DNA of 64,000 bases from Podarcis vaucheri (Eukaryota), in NCBI GenBank assembly GCA_965113315.1, contig OZ220370.1; one strand, given 5' to 3'. This document shows positions 49,416 to 61,849 of the stretch, in pieces. A program made the position numbers and the translations under genes. The first letter of the stretch is position 1. Each line of letters opens with the position of its first letter. A model generated the notes under the pieces. The model did no database searches and had not been told where the DNA came from. It was given only the letters and a program-made list of their open reading frames with translations.

Positions 49416-51848
49416 ATGGAGATGAGGATGGAAGTTATTCCTAGAGAAAGCTTCAGGGCATTCAGAAGCCACATTTTGCTTCTACTATTATTGTTTTTCC
49501 TCTGCTGGGAGATCTCAGAGTCAGTTCACTATTCCATCCCTGAGGAGATGGCAAAGGGATCTTTTGTGGGAAATCTTGCCAAGGATCTGGGACTGAATGC
49601 CAGAGAACTGAGGAATAGAAACCTGCATATCATTTCTGAAGGTAAAAAACCATATTTCAGTATCAATGCAGAAAATGGAAATGTGTATGTGAATGAGAGG
49701 ATAGATCGTGAGGGAATGTGCAGAGAGAGCACACAGTGCTTCATTAATTTTGAAGCCTTAGTTGAAAATCCATTAAATGTTTTCCATGTAAGTGTAGCGA
49801 TTCAGGACATTAATGACAATATACCACATTTCCTGAATGACAATATAAGGCTTGAAATAATTGAATCCACATTGCCAGGTGCCAGATTTCTCCTTGGGAA
49901 AGCTGAAGATCCTGATATTGGGAAGAATTCTCTTCAAGACTACTAGTTAAGCCCAAATCAGTTTTTCACATTGGAGGTTCAGGATAGTGTGGATGGACAT
50001 AAATATGCGGAATTGGTGCTGCAAAAACCTTTGGATCGGGAAAATGATCACTCCCTTCAGTTGATCCTTACGGCCCTGGATGGGGGTGAGCCCAGAAAAA
50101 CTGGGACAGCCCAGTTATCGATTAATGTCACAGATGCCAATGACAACCCACCAGTCTTCAATCAAGAGGTCTATGAGATCACCGTGAGGGAAAATTCCCC
50201 TGTGGGGTCCCCCATACTCCAAGTAAAAGCCTCTGATAGGGATGAAGGTCTAAATGCACATATTAGTTATATTTTTAATAACATCCAAGAAACAGCCCAC
50301 CAAATATTTGAACTAGAACCAAAAAGTGGTACAATTACAATTAAAAAAGCTCTTGACTTTGAGGAAACAGAGAAGTACACTATGACAGTTGAAGCAAGAG
50401 ATGGAGGAGGATTAGTGGCTCACTGTAAAATTGAAATAAAGATTATAGATGAGAATGACAATGCTCCAGAGATCATTCTGGCCTCCTTATCTAGTCCAGT
50501 TCCTGAAGACTCTGCTTCTGGGACAGTAATTGCTGTTATCAGTGTAAAGGATAAAGATTCTGAAGAAAATGGAAAAATTACATGCCATCTACAAGGTAAT
50601 GTACCATTTAAAATCTTATCCTCATCTAACAATTATTACAAAATTCTCACAGATAGTCCTTTGGACAGAGAAAAAGCCTCAGGATACAACATCACAATCA
50701 CGGCCACCGACAAAGGTAGCCCCCCTCTCTCCTCCAACAAAACCATCTCCCTGCAGATTTCAGACATCAATGACAACCCCCCTGCCTTTGAAAAATCAAC
50801 CTACAGTGTCTTTGTGCCTGAAAACAATCCCTCAGGTGCCTCCATTTTCTCCATCAAAGCCTCGGACCCGGATCTGGACCGCAACTCACGTATCACTTAC
50901 TCCATCCTCAACAGCAACATGGAGGAGCTGCCTCTCTCCTCTTACGTCTCCATCAACTCTGAGACGGGAACTATCTATGCACAGCGCTCCTTTGACTATG
51001 AGCAATTCCGGGAGTTTCAGATCCAAGTGAAGGCCCAAGATGGCGGCTCTCCCTCTCTCAGCAACAACGCCACCATGTGGGTGTACATTTTGGATCAGAA
51101 CGATAACAGCCCTCGCGTTCTGTATCCTGTCCCAGGTGTTGAGGGCTCTGCCTTGTTTGAGATGGTTCCTCACTCGGCAGAGCCAGGATACCTGGTGACC
51201 AAAGTGGTGGCTGTGGACGCAGACTCTGGGCACAATGCCTGGCTCTCCTACCAAGTGCTGCAGGCCACAGAGCCGGCCCTTTTCACCATTGGGACCCACA
51301 CAGGAGAGATCAGGACGTCACGAGCCCTTCTGGAGAAAGATGCTGTGAAACAGAAGCTGGTCATCTTGGTGAAGGACGATGGGAAGGCTCCACTCTCAGC
51401 TACTGTGGTCCTCAACCTTGTGGTTGCCGAGAACTTCCAAGAGGCACTTCCAGAAATGACTAGGCATTCCAGTGACACAGAACATCATTCTGACCTCCAG
51501 TTTTACTTGGTGCTGGCTTTGGCGTTGATCTCATTTATGTTCCTCCTGACGGTGATACTGGTCATTGTCATGAAACTTCGACAATCAGGAAATCCCAAAT
51601 TATTCCAATGCTTTGAACCTAATGCTTTTTCTAAGGCGCAGGTCATATTTCCACCAAACTATGAAGAAGGAACTTTACCTTATTCCTACCAACTCTGTCT
51701 ATCGTCAGAGATGAGGAAAGAGCAGATCTCTTTCCCCAAACCCCATATCCAGGTGGCAGAAAACTTGCTATGCAATGATAGCTCTCAGGTGGTTCTTGTG
51801 GATGGCAACGGTGGGGATGCCAGTGCCAAAGAGGAGGTTGGTGAGCAG
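49416..51848 (+). pseudogene. PCDHGB: Pcdh gammaB-like exon 9 (type B) with a single nonsense codon in EC2
   Basis: GAC TAC TAG TTA at 49938-49949, where paralogues have TAC CAG. The two ORF halves are in the same frame. Donor CAG|GTAAGC at 51848; 811 codons if read through. Confidence 0.85.
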
Positions 51849-52858
51849 GTAAGCTTTGCTTTCGGAACTGTGATGTTGGCAGCAGAGGCTTGCTCCTTGT
51901 AGGTACTATGAGCTACTGTTTTTAGATCATTATCTGCTCAACTGTCTGGTGCTTTATATGGGAAGAACCAGTACTTAGACCTGCCTGAATGGCATGCCGC
52001 TGAGGCATTCTGAACATGCTTACTTAGCACATCCAACTGGTACTTGGATTCACGGCACTCTTACAAGTGAGTCATTCCTAAATTAAGCTGAGCATCTTAT
52101 TTGTCTGCCTTTCTTGTGATCTGGCTATATCAGTGTAGCTATAGATTGAATAATTTCCCTTGTTTTTTACCAGTCTGTTGAGTAGATTAATTCTATCCAT
52201 ATGGTTTTCTATCCCCGAAAATTAATAGCATCTAATAGAATAGCATTCTCCCACACATATGCCATCCTAGCAGAAGCATGGATAATATAACTACATGTTG
52301 TGAACTAGTAATACACAAATATAGAAGTCAGCATTTTATGACATTCCCTTATCATGGACATTTTGTTTGGTTGCATTTATTGCTGGTTCACACATTGCTG
52401 GTTCACACAGCCACATGGCTGTGATTGAGAATAGTCTGGGCTGTTCATGTGTCAACAACAGATATTATGTGGATCATATGTGTGCTGGGATCACAGCACC
52501 TGGAAAAGAACTATGAAATATGCTCCTTAGCAAGAGAGCCATCCATGTTCACATTTCCTGTGGCATGTTTTACAATCAGAATATGGAATAAAACCTTGAT
52601 AAGAGTAAAGGTAACTTCATTTAAACCCAATATGTTCGAGGAATTTCAGTGACCTTTTATGGGAATGGAGTAAAAATCTAATGAGCCTGGGATTCTTTTC
52701 GTGTTGTATTTTGTACTTCACCTGAGGAGACCACCTCAGTTCACTTTCCTTATCTTCCTCAGGGTTTGACCTTTGAGCTCCAAATGAAAGGAAACCTATC
52801 TTAAAATAAACATAGTTTTTTTAAAATCTGCCATTCATCCAAGGTGAATTGGCAGAAT

Positions 52859-52916
52859 GATATAGATATAGATATAGATACAAATGATATAGATGATTAG
52901 ATACAGATATAGATAT
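52859..52916. repeat. (GATATA)n-like simple repeat
   Basis: GATATAGATATAGATATAGATA... Confidence 0.8.
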
Positions 52917-53013
52917 GTAATGCATTCACTTTTCCTGACATTTGCACAGGACAATGTCCAAACTGATAATGCTCAAGTCAAATAATGGCCTTTCTTGCAT
53001 AGTGAATATAAAG

Positions 53014-53230
53014 CAGGGTAGCCAGCCTTTTTTGTCCAGTAAGCACATTTGGAATTTGGAGAGAGTGTTGTGGGCACCAGCCACAAATGGCTGCTATAGG
53101 GGCGTGTCTTGACACAAAGTGGCTGCCATGGAGATGTGATGTAACACAAAAGAGATGCCTAGGGTGTGGCATAATGGCTTCAGTGCAGGAGAGGCTGAAT
53201 CCATGCAACAGAAACTGAGTACAAAGAGGG
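53014..53230 (+). mobile_element. Possible hAT (Charlie-like) element left part
   Basis: CAGGGTAGCCAGCCTTTTT-type terminus and repeated CACAAA(A/G)TGGCTGC units. Confidence 0.35.
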
Positions 53231-54385
53231 TTTTTTATTATTATACCTGAAAAGAATCGTAACACAAGTAAGGCGCATGGGGTCCTGTTTGCCAGCCCTG
53301 CAGTCAGCTGACTCCATCCACTGCACTGAGCTCTTAGAAGCCTCCTCACAATTGAGAACCCTGATAATGAAACACCCTTACAATACTGCAATTCATTGTT
53401 CAGTCATAACACCCAAGCCAGGTTAAAACCTATGCACATACGGCTGTAAACGTGTAGGTTCTTCTTCCCAATGCTCCACTGAATATGCAGATGTTGGACA
53501 GGGCCAGAGGCAGCACAAACATTGGGGAATGTGCATGAATTCTACACATAAAGGAATAATCAGTGAACAACCATAGAAAGAGGCAGTGAGGTGGGCATCT
53601 CTTGCTGAAATGACTCATTTTCCTTTATCTAGACCACTGAGCTCACTGTGAATCATTTACTTTATCATTGTTTCTGTTTAGGTTTGTTTCCTAGTAATAA
53701 CTTTGATTTTCATTGGCTGCTCTCATGATCATATGTACTTGGAAGTATGCTTCACTAAAATCTATTGGACTTCCTGACATGTAATTATGCTTAGCAGAAT
53801 GAAGTAGTGAAGTACTACCGTTCTAAGAGGAGCTCATAACAATCTGAGAAGCGTGTTTGTTATATCCACTTTCATTAAATAAGGTAGCAATTTTACTTGA
53901 TTAGCTTTGCTTTTTAAAAAGTTACTATTTTTTTAGCTGTCAGGAGATAGGGAAGTGATCTCTTCTTGCTAATTAATAGTATATTGATGTTGGCCACAAA
54001 CCTCCACATAGAAATAGGGATCTCTGAAGAGGGTAGTATCAGGAGACATTTTCAATGCTGCACTTGCGTGAAATCTGTTTAAAATAATCTGTTCATATTT
54101 TAGAACTCTTTGTGTACTACCCCAACCAATATTTTGGAACCCAACTTTACCTGTGCCCTGTTATACTTCCCACCAACATCAGACACGTGAAAGTTTATTG
54201 CGGTGACTTAGCAATAAAAGATAGGCAGTCTACACATACTCAAAAGTGTGTTCCTCGTATTCTGGGGCTCTTTAAAATGGTGTGGCCAAATCATGGTCAG
54301 CTCTAACAGTAATTAAAGGGACAACTGTGGCTTCAGTAGCAGAGTGCATGCTTCTTCTGCACAAATGAGATGAGATCTCATATAA

Positions 54386-55872
54386 GAGCTCTTTCAGAGA
54401 GAGGTGTACATTGTTTTCACAATATAGGTCTCAGTATTTTACTCTGAAGCTGGTCATTTACACACCACAGACCAAATATATGGAGAGGAATTTGTGGCCA
54501 TGTAGAGAAGTGTGTCATGAATTTTGTGATTATATATGGAGGGGTCAATGAAAATTTATGGAGTGGAAATTGAAACGATAGCTATTAATGACAATGGGCC
54601 CAGGTTCCCATCAGAAGAAACAGAAACAAAGGTTGGTGAGAATAAAGCAAGAGAACTCCAATTTGCCATCTATAAGGCACAAGACACTGATTTGGAAACC
54701 AATTCTCTCTAGAACCTCAAAATCAGCGAAAAGAATAATTTTTTCCTGGACATGAAAATAGCAGCTGGAGGTGCCAGATATGTTGAACTGGTGGTAGAAA
54801 GAATTCTTAACCACAAAGAGGAAGCTGCTCACCATCCGCTCCTCACAGTATATTAAGGAGGAGAGTCAGAAAGGTCTGGTACTTCAGAAACCTTGATGCA
54901 ATGACAGTGCCTTGGGCTTTAAACAAGCCTCCATTATACAGTGAGTCCAGGCTCAATATGGAGATTGCCAAGATTTGTTATCCTTGTTACCTATGTATGG
55001 CTATGCTCTTTAATTAGCCATATCCTCACATATTGTACTGCCAAAGAAAACCCCCCAAAGAAATCTCTCTCAAGATGACAACAGAAGCCATCCTAAACAT
55101 GCAAAATCAGGATTAAAGAATCCATGGAGAAATCCTGTGTTCGGTTCTGACAGTCTCCCTTTCAAACTGAAGAAATCGATCAGCAACCATTACAGTTTGG
55201 TGCCAGGTGGTGGCTGTTTCTGTGCGTCAGGCAGACTGAAGAGGATATGGGAGCTGTTGCTTCAGCAGTGAAGGAACTTAGACTTGGAGCTTATACAGGA
55301 GCTAGAGGAACCATCCCTTCCAGGATCTCAGGCAGGACTTGTTTCCATTTGATTCCTTCTCATGAGTAGCCTCTGCAGCGGCTAGCCAGGCACTGCGGCA
55401 ACTCTTATGTTCCTGCCTGGTTCACCTTCTTCTCTGAGCCTGTGGCCCCCAAAGAGATGAGGAAGATTCTGAGAGCCAGCCAGGATCTCAGCTATCCAGT
55501 CCTGGGGCAGGGTTGTGAGGTCCATGAAGAACAATGTATCCAGACCGAGAATAACTTATTAAAAATGAGATCAGTAATTTGTCTATATAACTCTATTAAT
55601 TCTGTCTGGGGTTATTTATGCCTGATGTTCTTTCATTTATGAAAAGTTCCAGGAGATTAAGTTCCATGGAGAGCCAAGGATGGAGGTTCTCCACCACTCA
55701 GCTCCAAGGTCTCAGTGACTCTTTTCATCCTGGACCAGAATGACAGTGCTCCCCAAATCCTGTACCCCTTCCCTCCCACTGATGGTTCCATAGGGATAGA
55801 GCTGGCCCTTCACTCCTCTGAGCCAGGCTACCTACCTGGTCATTAAGGTAGTGGCCATGGATGTGGACTCAG
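54386..55872 (+). pseudogene. Decayed gammaA-type variable exon (EC1-EC3 start and EC5-EC6 remnants, interrupted)
   Basis: 54386-54946 aligns to exon 7 EC1-EC2 (e.g. TCAATGAAAATTTATGGAGT) with stops and indels. ~55540-55872 aligns to exon 7 EC5-EC6 (GGATGGAGGTTCTCCACCACTCAGCTCC...GAGCCAGGCTAC), with a 4-bp duplication (CTAC)2. Unrelated DNA lies between. Confidence 0.85.
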
Positions 55873-57030
55873 ACATATATTCCTGTATGGCCCATACTGA
55901 TTTTAGGAACATATTTCAAACTCTGTGATTTTGTCATCAGTGACTACAATTATCATTTGCAACTTGTCTGTTTATATAACGTTCTTGCCTATCCTCAGTC
56001 TCTGTAGATTGAATAGGATATAAGGCTAGAAAACAAAATTGTTGCAATTATTGCAGAAGTATCACATGCAATATCCTAGAGAGAGATGGGCAGGCGGTGG
56101 GTCAGGATCTACTGATAGATCTTTGGGTGATTTTCAGCAGAATGGCAAGGGTTTCTGGCTCCCAGCTTAACAATAACAAAAAACTTTTTTTTCACCTAAA
56201 TTAGGCTGCTGAAATGAGGAAAACTAACCAGGAGTGAACTTTTGTGTAGAATGATTGTAGAACAGTTCTGTTCTGGTACTGAAAACACAGTCCTTGGCTC
56301 AGAATGTGCTCAGAAGAAGCCTGTTGTTTAATTCTATGGGTGGTACTCAATGCTAGTCCTACTCAGACCTATTGAAGTTGATGGACATGACAAACTTAGG
56401 TTCACTTATGTCACTGAGTCTACCTCAGGGTAGGACTTAGTTGACTACAACCCTATGTCTTTTGCACCTGGTTCTGACTGATAGATTAACCTGATGTCTG
56501 CCCATTCCTGTCCTATGAAATGAAGTATTGTGGATTCAGAAATTCTAGTGGGTGGGGAGCAAGGGCCCAGCACTTGTAGTTGTTCCCCACATGACAGCTC
56601 TTCATAATGACTCCCACCCCTTTCTGCCTCAGTTTCTTCCTCTAATCATAAAAAAGAGGTTGGCAGTTTGGCACAAAAGCTGGTACTATGGGCATTGCCT
56701 TTAGACCTTCTGAAGAATTTAAGGTTTTGCTGTGGGGGGCTATTGTGAAGTAAACCCTCTCAATTAAGTGCTGAGTGCTATATTTCTGCCTCAGAAACTT
56801 TGTTTATGAAGTTCTTGAGACAAAGCCCACTGATAAGTTAAGGTAATAACTTCAGAGTGTTTCCTGTATGCACCATATGTGTGTTCACTCTTGCACATAC
56901 TGCCTTAGGGAGAATTGTGAAATGCACACACAACCAAATAATTGCATAAACCTGTGCACATCTAGAGAGAAATGTTGCTACCCTGTCAGCCTCTGAACTC
57001 TTATCAGCATGTTGTGCCAGTAGGTGCTCC

Positions 57031-57073
57031 TGCAGTTTTCCAGCAGAGACTCAGAGTGCCGCTGTTGGCCAAT
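57031..57073 (+). promoter_or_regulatory. CSE/CTCF-type site of exon 10 (CGCT), followed by CCAAT
   Basis: TGCAG at 57031; GTGC-CGCT-GTTGGCCAAT with core at 57060. Confidence 0.88.
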
Positions 57074-57301
57074 ACGGGATAAGGATAGAAATCAGGGGTC
57101 CATTCACTTTTCCTGTGATGTAACAATTACTGAGTTAAGTTCTGCAAATCTGAAGGAGCTGGAATTGAGGGACAACAATATAGCATCCTACCAAAAATGG
57201 ATCCCTCACTGTTGAGACTGCATCACGGAACGATGCCTGCTCCTGACAACAACTTCTTGCAGCATGAAAGAAACTTGAAGACCCGAATCAGAAAAGAAAA
57301 G

Positions 57302-59743
57302 ATGCAAACAAAGCAGCCGAGGAAATGGCTGAAGATCACAGGGAGCAGGGAGCCACTCCGGCGGCAAGTACAGCTTTCCTTGTTATTCTCTTTGTTCTGC
57401 CTGACAATGTCGGAAGAGGTCTGGTATTCAATTCCTGAGGAAAGGGAGAAGGGTTCTCTTGTGGGAAATCTGGCCAAGGATTTGGGTCTGAGTAAGAGAG
57501 ACCTGGTGAAGAGGAAGCTCCGTATTGTTTCTGCAGCTAATGCTCAGTTCTTTACTGTGAATGAGGAACATGGAGACTTCTATGTCAGAGACCAAATAGA
57601 TCGAGAAGCAATCTGTGGGAAATCACCACGTTGTGTCCTTAACTTTGAAACTGTGGTTGAAAACCCTCTAAATGTTTTTCATATAAGCATCACCATAGAG
57701 GATATTAATGATAATGCACCACAATTTTTAAAAGATGATATCAAGCTAGAAATAAGTGAATCTAGCTTGACTGGAGCCATATTCCCCCTTGAAAGTGCTG
57801 AAGATCCTGATGTTGGGATAAATTCTCTGCAAAATTACCAGCTGAGCAGTAATCAGTACTTCACCTTGGAAGTTAAAGAAACTCCAGATGGAAATAAATA
57901 CCCTATTTTAGTGCAAAGCAAACCTCTGGATCGGGAAAGTGAGCACAGCCTCCACTTGATCCTTACAGGCCTGGATGGTGGAGAACCAAGAAAAACTGGA
58001 ACAGCCCAAATATGGATTAATGTCACTGATGCCAATGACAACCCACCTGTTTTCACTGAGGAAGTCTATAAACTCAGCCTAAAAGAGAGTGCCCCTAAAG
58101 GATCGTTAGTGATCCAGGTGAAAGCCTCAGATGCAGATGAAGGTCCTTATGCACAAGTAAGATACAGTTTTAGCAATATCCCCACTAAAGCAAGACAGAA
58201 ATTCAACCTGGATCCTGAAAGTGGAGCAATTTTAGTTAGGGATACTTTAGACTTTGAAGAATCCAGAAGCTATATGATGTTAGTGGAAGCCAAAGATGGT
58301 GGTGGACTACTGGCACATTGTAAAGTTGAGATTGATGTTCTGGATGAGAATGACAATGCTCCAGAGATTTTGCTAACATCTATCTTTAGTCCAGTTCCCG
58401 AAGACTCTTTACCAGGAACTGTGATAGCTTTGATCAATGTGGATGATAGAGATGAAGGAGAAAATGGGAAGGTTACTTGCCACATACAATATGATTTGCC
58501 TTTTAAAATTCTTTCTTCATCTAACAGTTACTACAAGCTACTTACAGAGAGCCCCCTAGACAGAGAAAAAGCCTCAGGATACAACATCACAATCATGGCC
58601 ACCGACAAAGGTAGCCCCCCTCTCTCCTCCAACAAAACCATCTCCCTGCAGATTTCAGACATCAATGACAACCCCCCTGCCTTTGAAAAATCAACCTACA
58701 GTGTCTTTGTGCCTGAAAACAATCCCTCAGGTGCCTCCATTTTTGCCATCAAAGCCTCAGACCCGGATCTGGACCGCAACTCACGTATCACTTACTCCAT
58801 CCTCAACAGCAACATGGAGGAGCTGCCTCTCTCCTCTTACGTCTCCATCAACTCTGAGACGGGAACTATCTATGCACAGCGCTCCTTTGACTATGAGCAA
58901 TTCCGGGAGTTTCAGATCCAAGTGAAGGCCCAAGATGGTGGCTCTCCCTCTCTCAGCAACAACGCCACCGTGTGGGTGTACATTTTGGATCAGAACGATA
59001 ACAGCCCTCGCATTCTGTATCCTGTCCCGGGTGCTGAGGGCTCTGCCTTGTTTGAGATGGTTCCTCATTCAGCAGAGCCAGGCTACCTAGTGACCAAAGT
59101 GGTGGCTGTGGACGCGGACTCTGGGCACAATGCCTGGCTCTCCTACCAAGTGCTGCAGGCCACGGAGCCGGCCCTTTTCACCATTGGGACCCACACGGGA
59201 GAGATCAGGACGTCACGATCCCTTCTGGAGAAAGATGCTGTGAAACAGAAGCTGGTCATCTTGGTGAAGGACAATGGGAAGGCTCCACGCTCAGCTACTG
59301 TGGTCCTCAACCTCGTGGTTGCCGAGAACTTCCAAGAGGCACTTCCGGAAATGAGCAAACCAGCCATTGACTCTAAGTATCAGTCTGATATGAATGCCAT
59401 TTTAGTTATAGCCTTGGCTTTGGTCTCATTCTTATTCCTTTTTACAGTCTTAACAGTTTTAATACTTAAATGTCGGAGACAGAGAAGCCCAACAGTGCTT
59501 GGATCCTACAATACTGACTTGTACTCTAGCTTGGGACACAAATTTTCCTGCAATTACAATAATGGGACATTGACATTGCCCTATTCATATGAAGTATGCT
59601 TAGCGTCTAAGGCAGACCGGAATGAGTTTGCCTTTCTGAAACCAAACCCCTCAGTGGCCACAGATGATCCCATTCTGAAGGATGATTCTGGAATTGGGAA
59701 TGAATCTCTGGGTGAAAATCTCATCCCTGATAACAGTGTACAG
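57302..59743 (+). CDS. PCDHGB: Protocadherin gammaB-like variable exon 10 (divergent; unique TM/VCD)
   Basis: ORF 57197-59767. The start is uncertain (ATG at 57197, 57233 or 57302); 57302 gives a normal leader length. [15 protein letters not shown]...[24 protein letters not shown]. Donor CAG|GTGAGA at 59743. Confidence 0.9.
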
Positions 59744-60323
59744 GTGAGAATCACAGATGCATTTTAAGACCTAGACTGCAAGGCTGTAATATTTACGTTT
59801 TCTAACCTGTTTGTTCAGAGTGAAGAAAAGCAGCTTGGTGGCACCCAGAATTCACCTGCATTTCGAACACTGCTTAGTTAAGATCCTTCTTTTTTAGGGG
59901 GGAGGAACCCTGATGAATAATATAAGCAAAAGGTAGTATCTTGGCATAGAATATACAGTAGTCTTCTGCACCTATAAGGTATGGATGTTTCCATAAAGTG
60001 AGATATTTTCATGGAACCTGGTAAGCTTGAACTTTCCTTTAGATTTGAGGGTAATGGACCCAAGAAGACATTTAACAATGTCAGAATTGTCCCTTTATTC
60101 TTCAAAGGTAACAGGACAATCATTCTATCGCAAGTATGTAATTTCTTCTTTGGTACAAATTTGTTGGGTTATGTCTGCCCTCTACTGATCAGATGTTATA
60201 CTGCAGTTCTGGGTTTAGCATAGTGTTCCTAGACTTTATTACAAGCGCAACCAACTTAATAATATTTAGCTACAAATCAGTTTTACTTTGTGTTGATTTT
60301 AAATACCTTGTCTTATTTGTTGC

Positions 60324-60326
<3 letters not shown>

Positions 60327-60357
<31 letters not shown>
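60327..60357. repeat. (GT)n microsatellite
   Basis: About 15 GT units. Confidence 0.95.
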
Positions 60358-60359
<2 letters not shown>

Positions 60360-61246
60360 GAATGCTGTCACAATCTTCTCTTCTTCAGGCTAAACATACC
60401 CAGTCGTAGGGCTTGTCTTTCATACCATGGACCATATCTACGTTGCCCTCCTCTGAACCTGTTCCAATTTATCTAAATTCTTCTAAATATGTGATGTCCA
60501 GGACTGGGCATAGTTCTTCAGATGCAATATGAGTAGTACATGAGTTTTGTTTGTTTTCCTTTTGGCTATATTTCCAAATCTGAAAGGCTGTGCTCGTTTA
60601 AGCAGGTGGCAACAGGTTTTTCAAGGCTTGTGTGTGTGTGACTACTCATTTGTGATTTTTTGAAATTGTAACAAAGGTTTGCCCTCGTTTTTCCAACATG
60701 GTGTATATGGCATGCAGGGTACTTACATTCTGTAACACAGGTGAAACTGTATAACACGAAATTTAAAGTGTTATGATCAGTGATAGGGTTTTGCAAGGAT
60801 ACTGGCTATCAAGGGTGATGGAGGGAAGATGATGGATCAAAGCATGCTATAAATGGGATATGATATTGCATGTTTCTATCTTCCACACTAAAAGAGCGTC
60901 TCCTCCACAAAGGTTGGACAAATACTAAGAAGCAGCACCTATCTCCATTTTTTTTAGTATGTGTGCATCCAGCATCCATCTATCCCCTTGTGATCAAGAA
61001 GATCTTACAGACTGATCAGTGTGTACTACTCCCTTCTGCACATTGCATCTGTTTAGAAATAATAATCTTGAAATGTGATTCTGCCTTTTTAAAATTGGAT
61101 TATAGAAATTGTAAAGAGGCATAAGACTCATTTGAATGGATTGACTACTAAAGATAATATTTGTCATCTGTTAGGACTAAGTCATCTGTAAGCTAGGGAA
61201 ATTGACTGAGAAAGGAGAGGCAGTGATAAAATATTTTTAATATTTT

Positions 61247-61324
61247 GTTGGAAGCCGCCCAGAGTGGCTGGGAAAACCCAGCCAGATGGGCGGGGTATAA
61301 ATAATAAATTATCATTATCATTAT
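61247..61324 (+). mobile_element. L2-like LINE 3' terminus
   Basis: GGAAGCCGCCCAGAGTGGCTGGGAAAACCCAGCCAGATGGGCGG stem-loop, then TATAAATAATAAATT(ATCATT)n tail. Confidence 0.65.
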
Positions 61325-61849
61325 CAAATAAGGTTTCAAGCAGGAGACAGGACCTAATAACATCAGCCATGCCAATAGAGTTCATTCACCTGCCCATAAA
61401 ACACCATTGCCAACAATGCCTTTGTCTGAATAGGCCTGAATCACCCATGAGACAAGGAGAGGCAACAGCCTCAGGTGGCAAGATCTACAGGGGCAGCAGA
61501 TCCCAAAATAGATCTTTATTCCTCCCTTTTTCCTGGTGTAGATATTCACTCACCCCTTCTTCCCTGGCAGGGAGGGGGTGCCATTTTATGGTTTGCCTCA
61601 GGTGCCAAAAAGTATTAGGCTGGCCCATAAACAGGCCATTTGTACTAAAGAACACAAATCTGATATAAAAAATGGCAACATTCAATGGAAGAGCAGGATC
61701 CCCTGCTGGTGACCCCAAATTAACAATACTCTGGCAAAAAGACTTAAACAGGCAGTTCCAGCTTGAAGTTGCTGTACTAGAATTTCTCAACAAGTTTCAT
61801 ACTGTTCTGTTCTGGCTCAGCTGAATCAATTGATTTGCTTCATAGTACG

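Noticed and set aside
49944-49946. Programmed stop-codon readthrough or recoding in exon 9
   Set aside because: The context TAG-TTA is not a known readthrough motif; a simple C>T transition is more parsimonious.
59288-59290. PLS>PRS change in exon 10 EC6
   Set aside because: PRS occurs at the equivalent position in mammalian beta-protocadherins, so it is probably tolerated.
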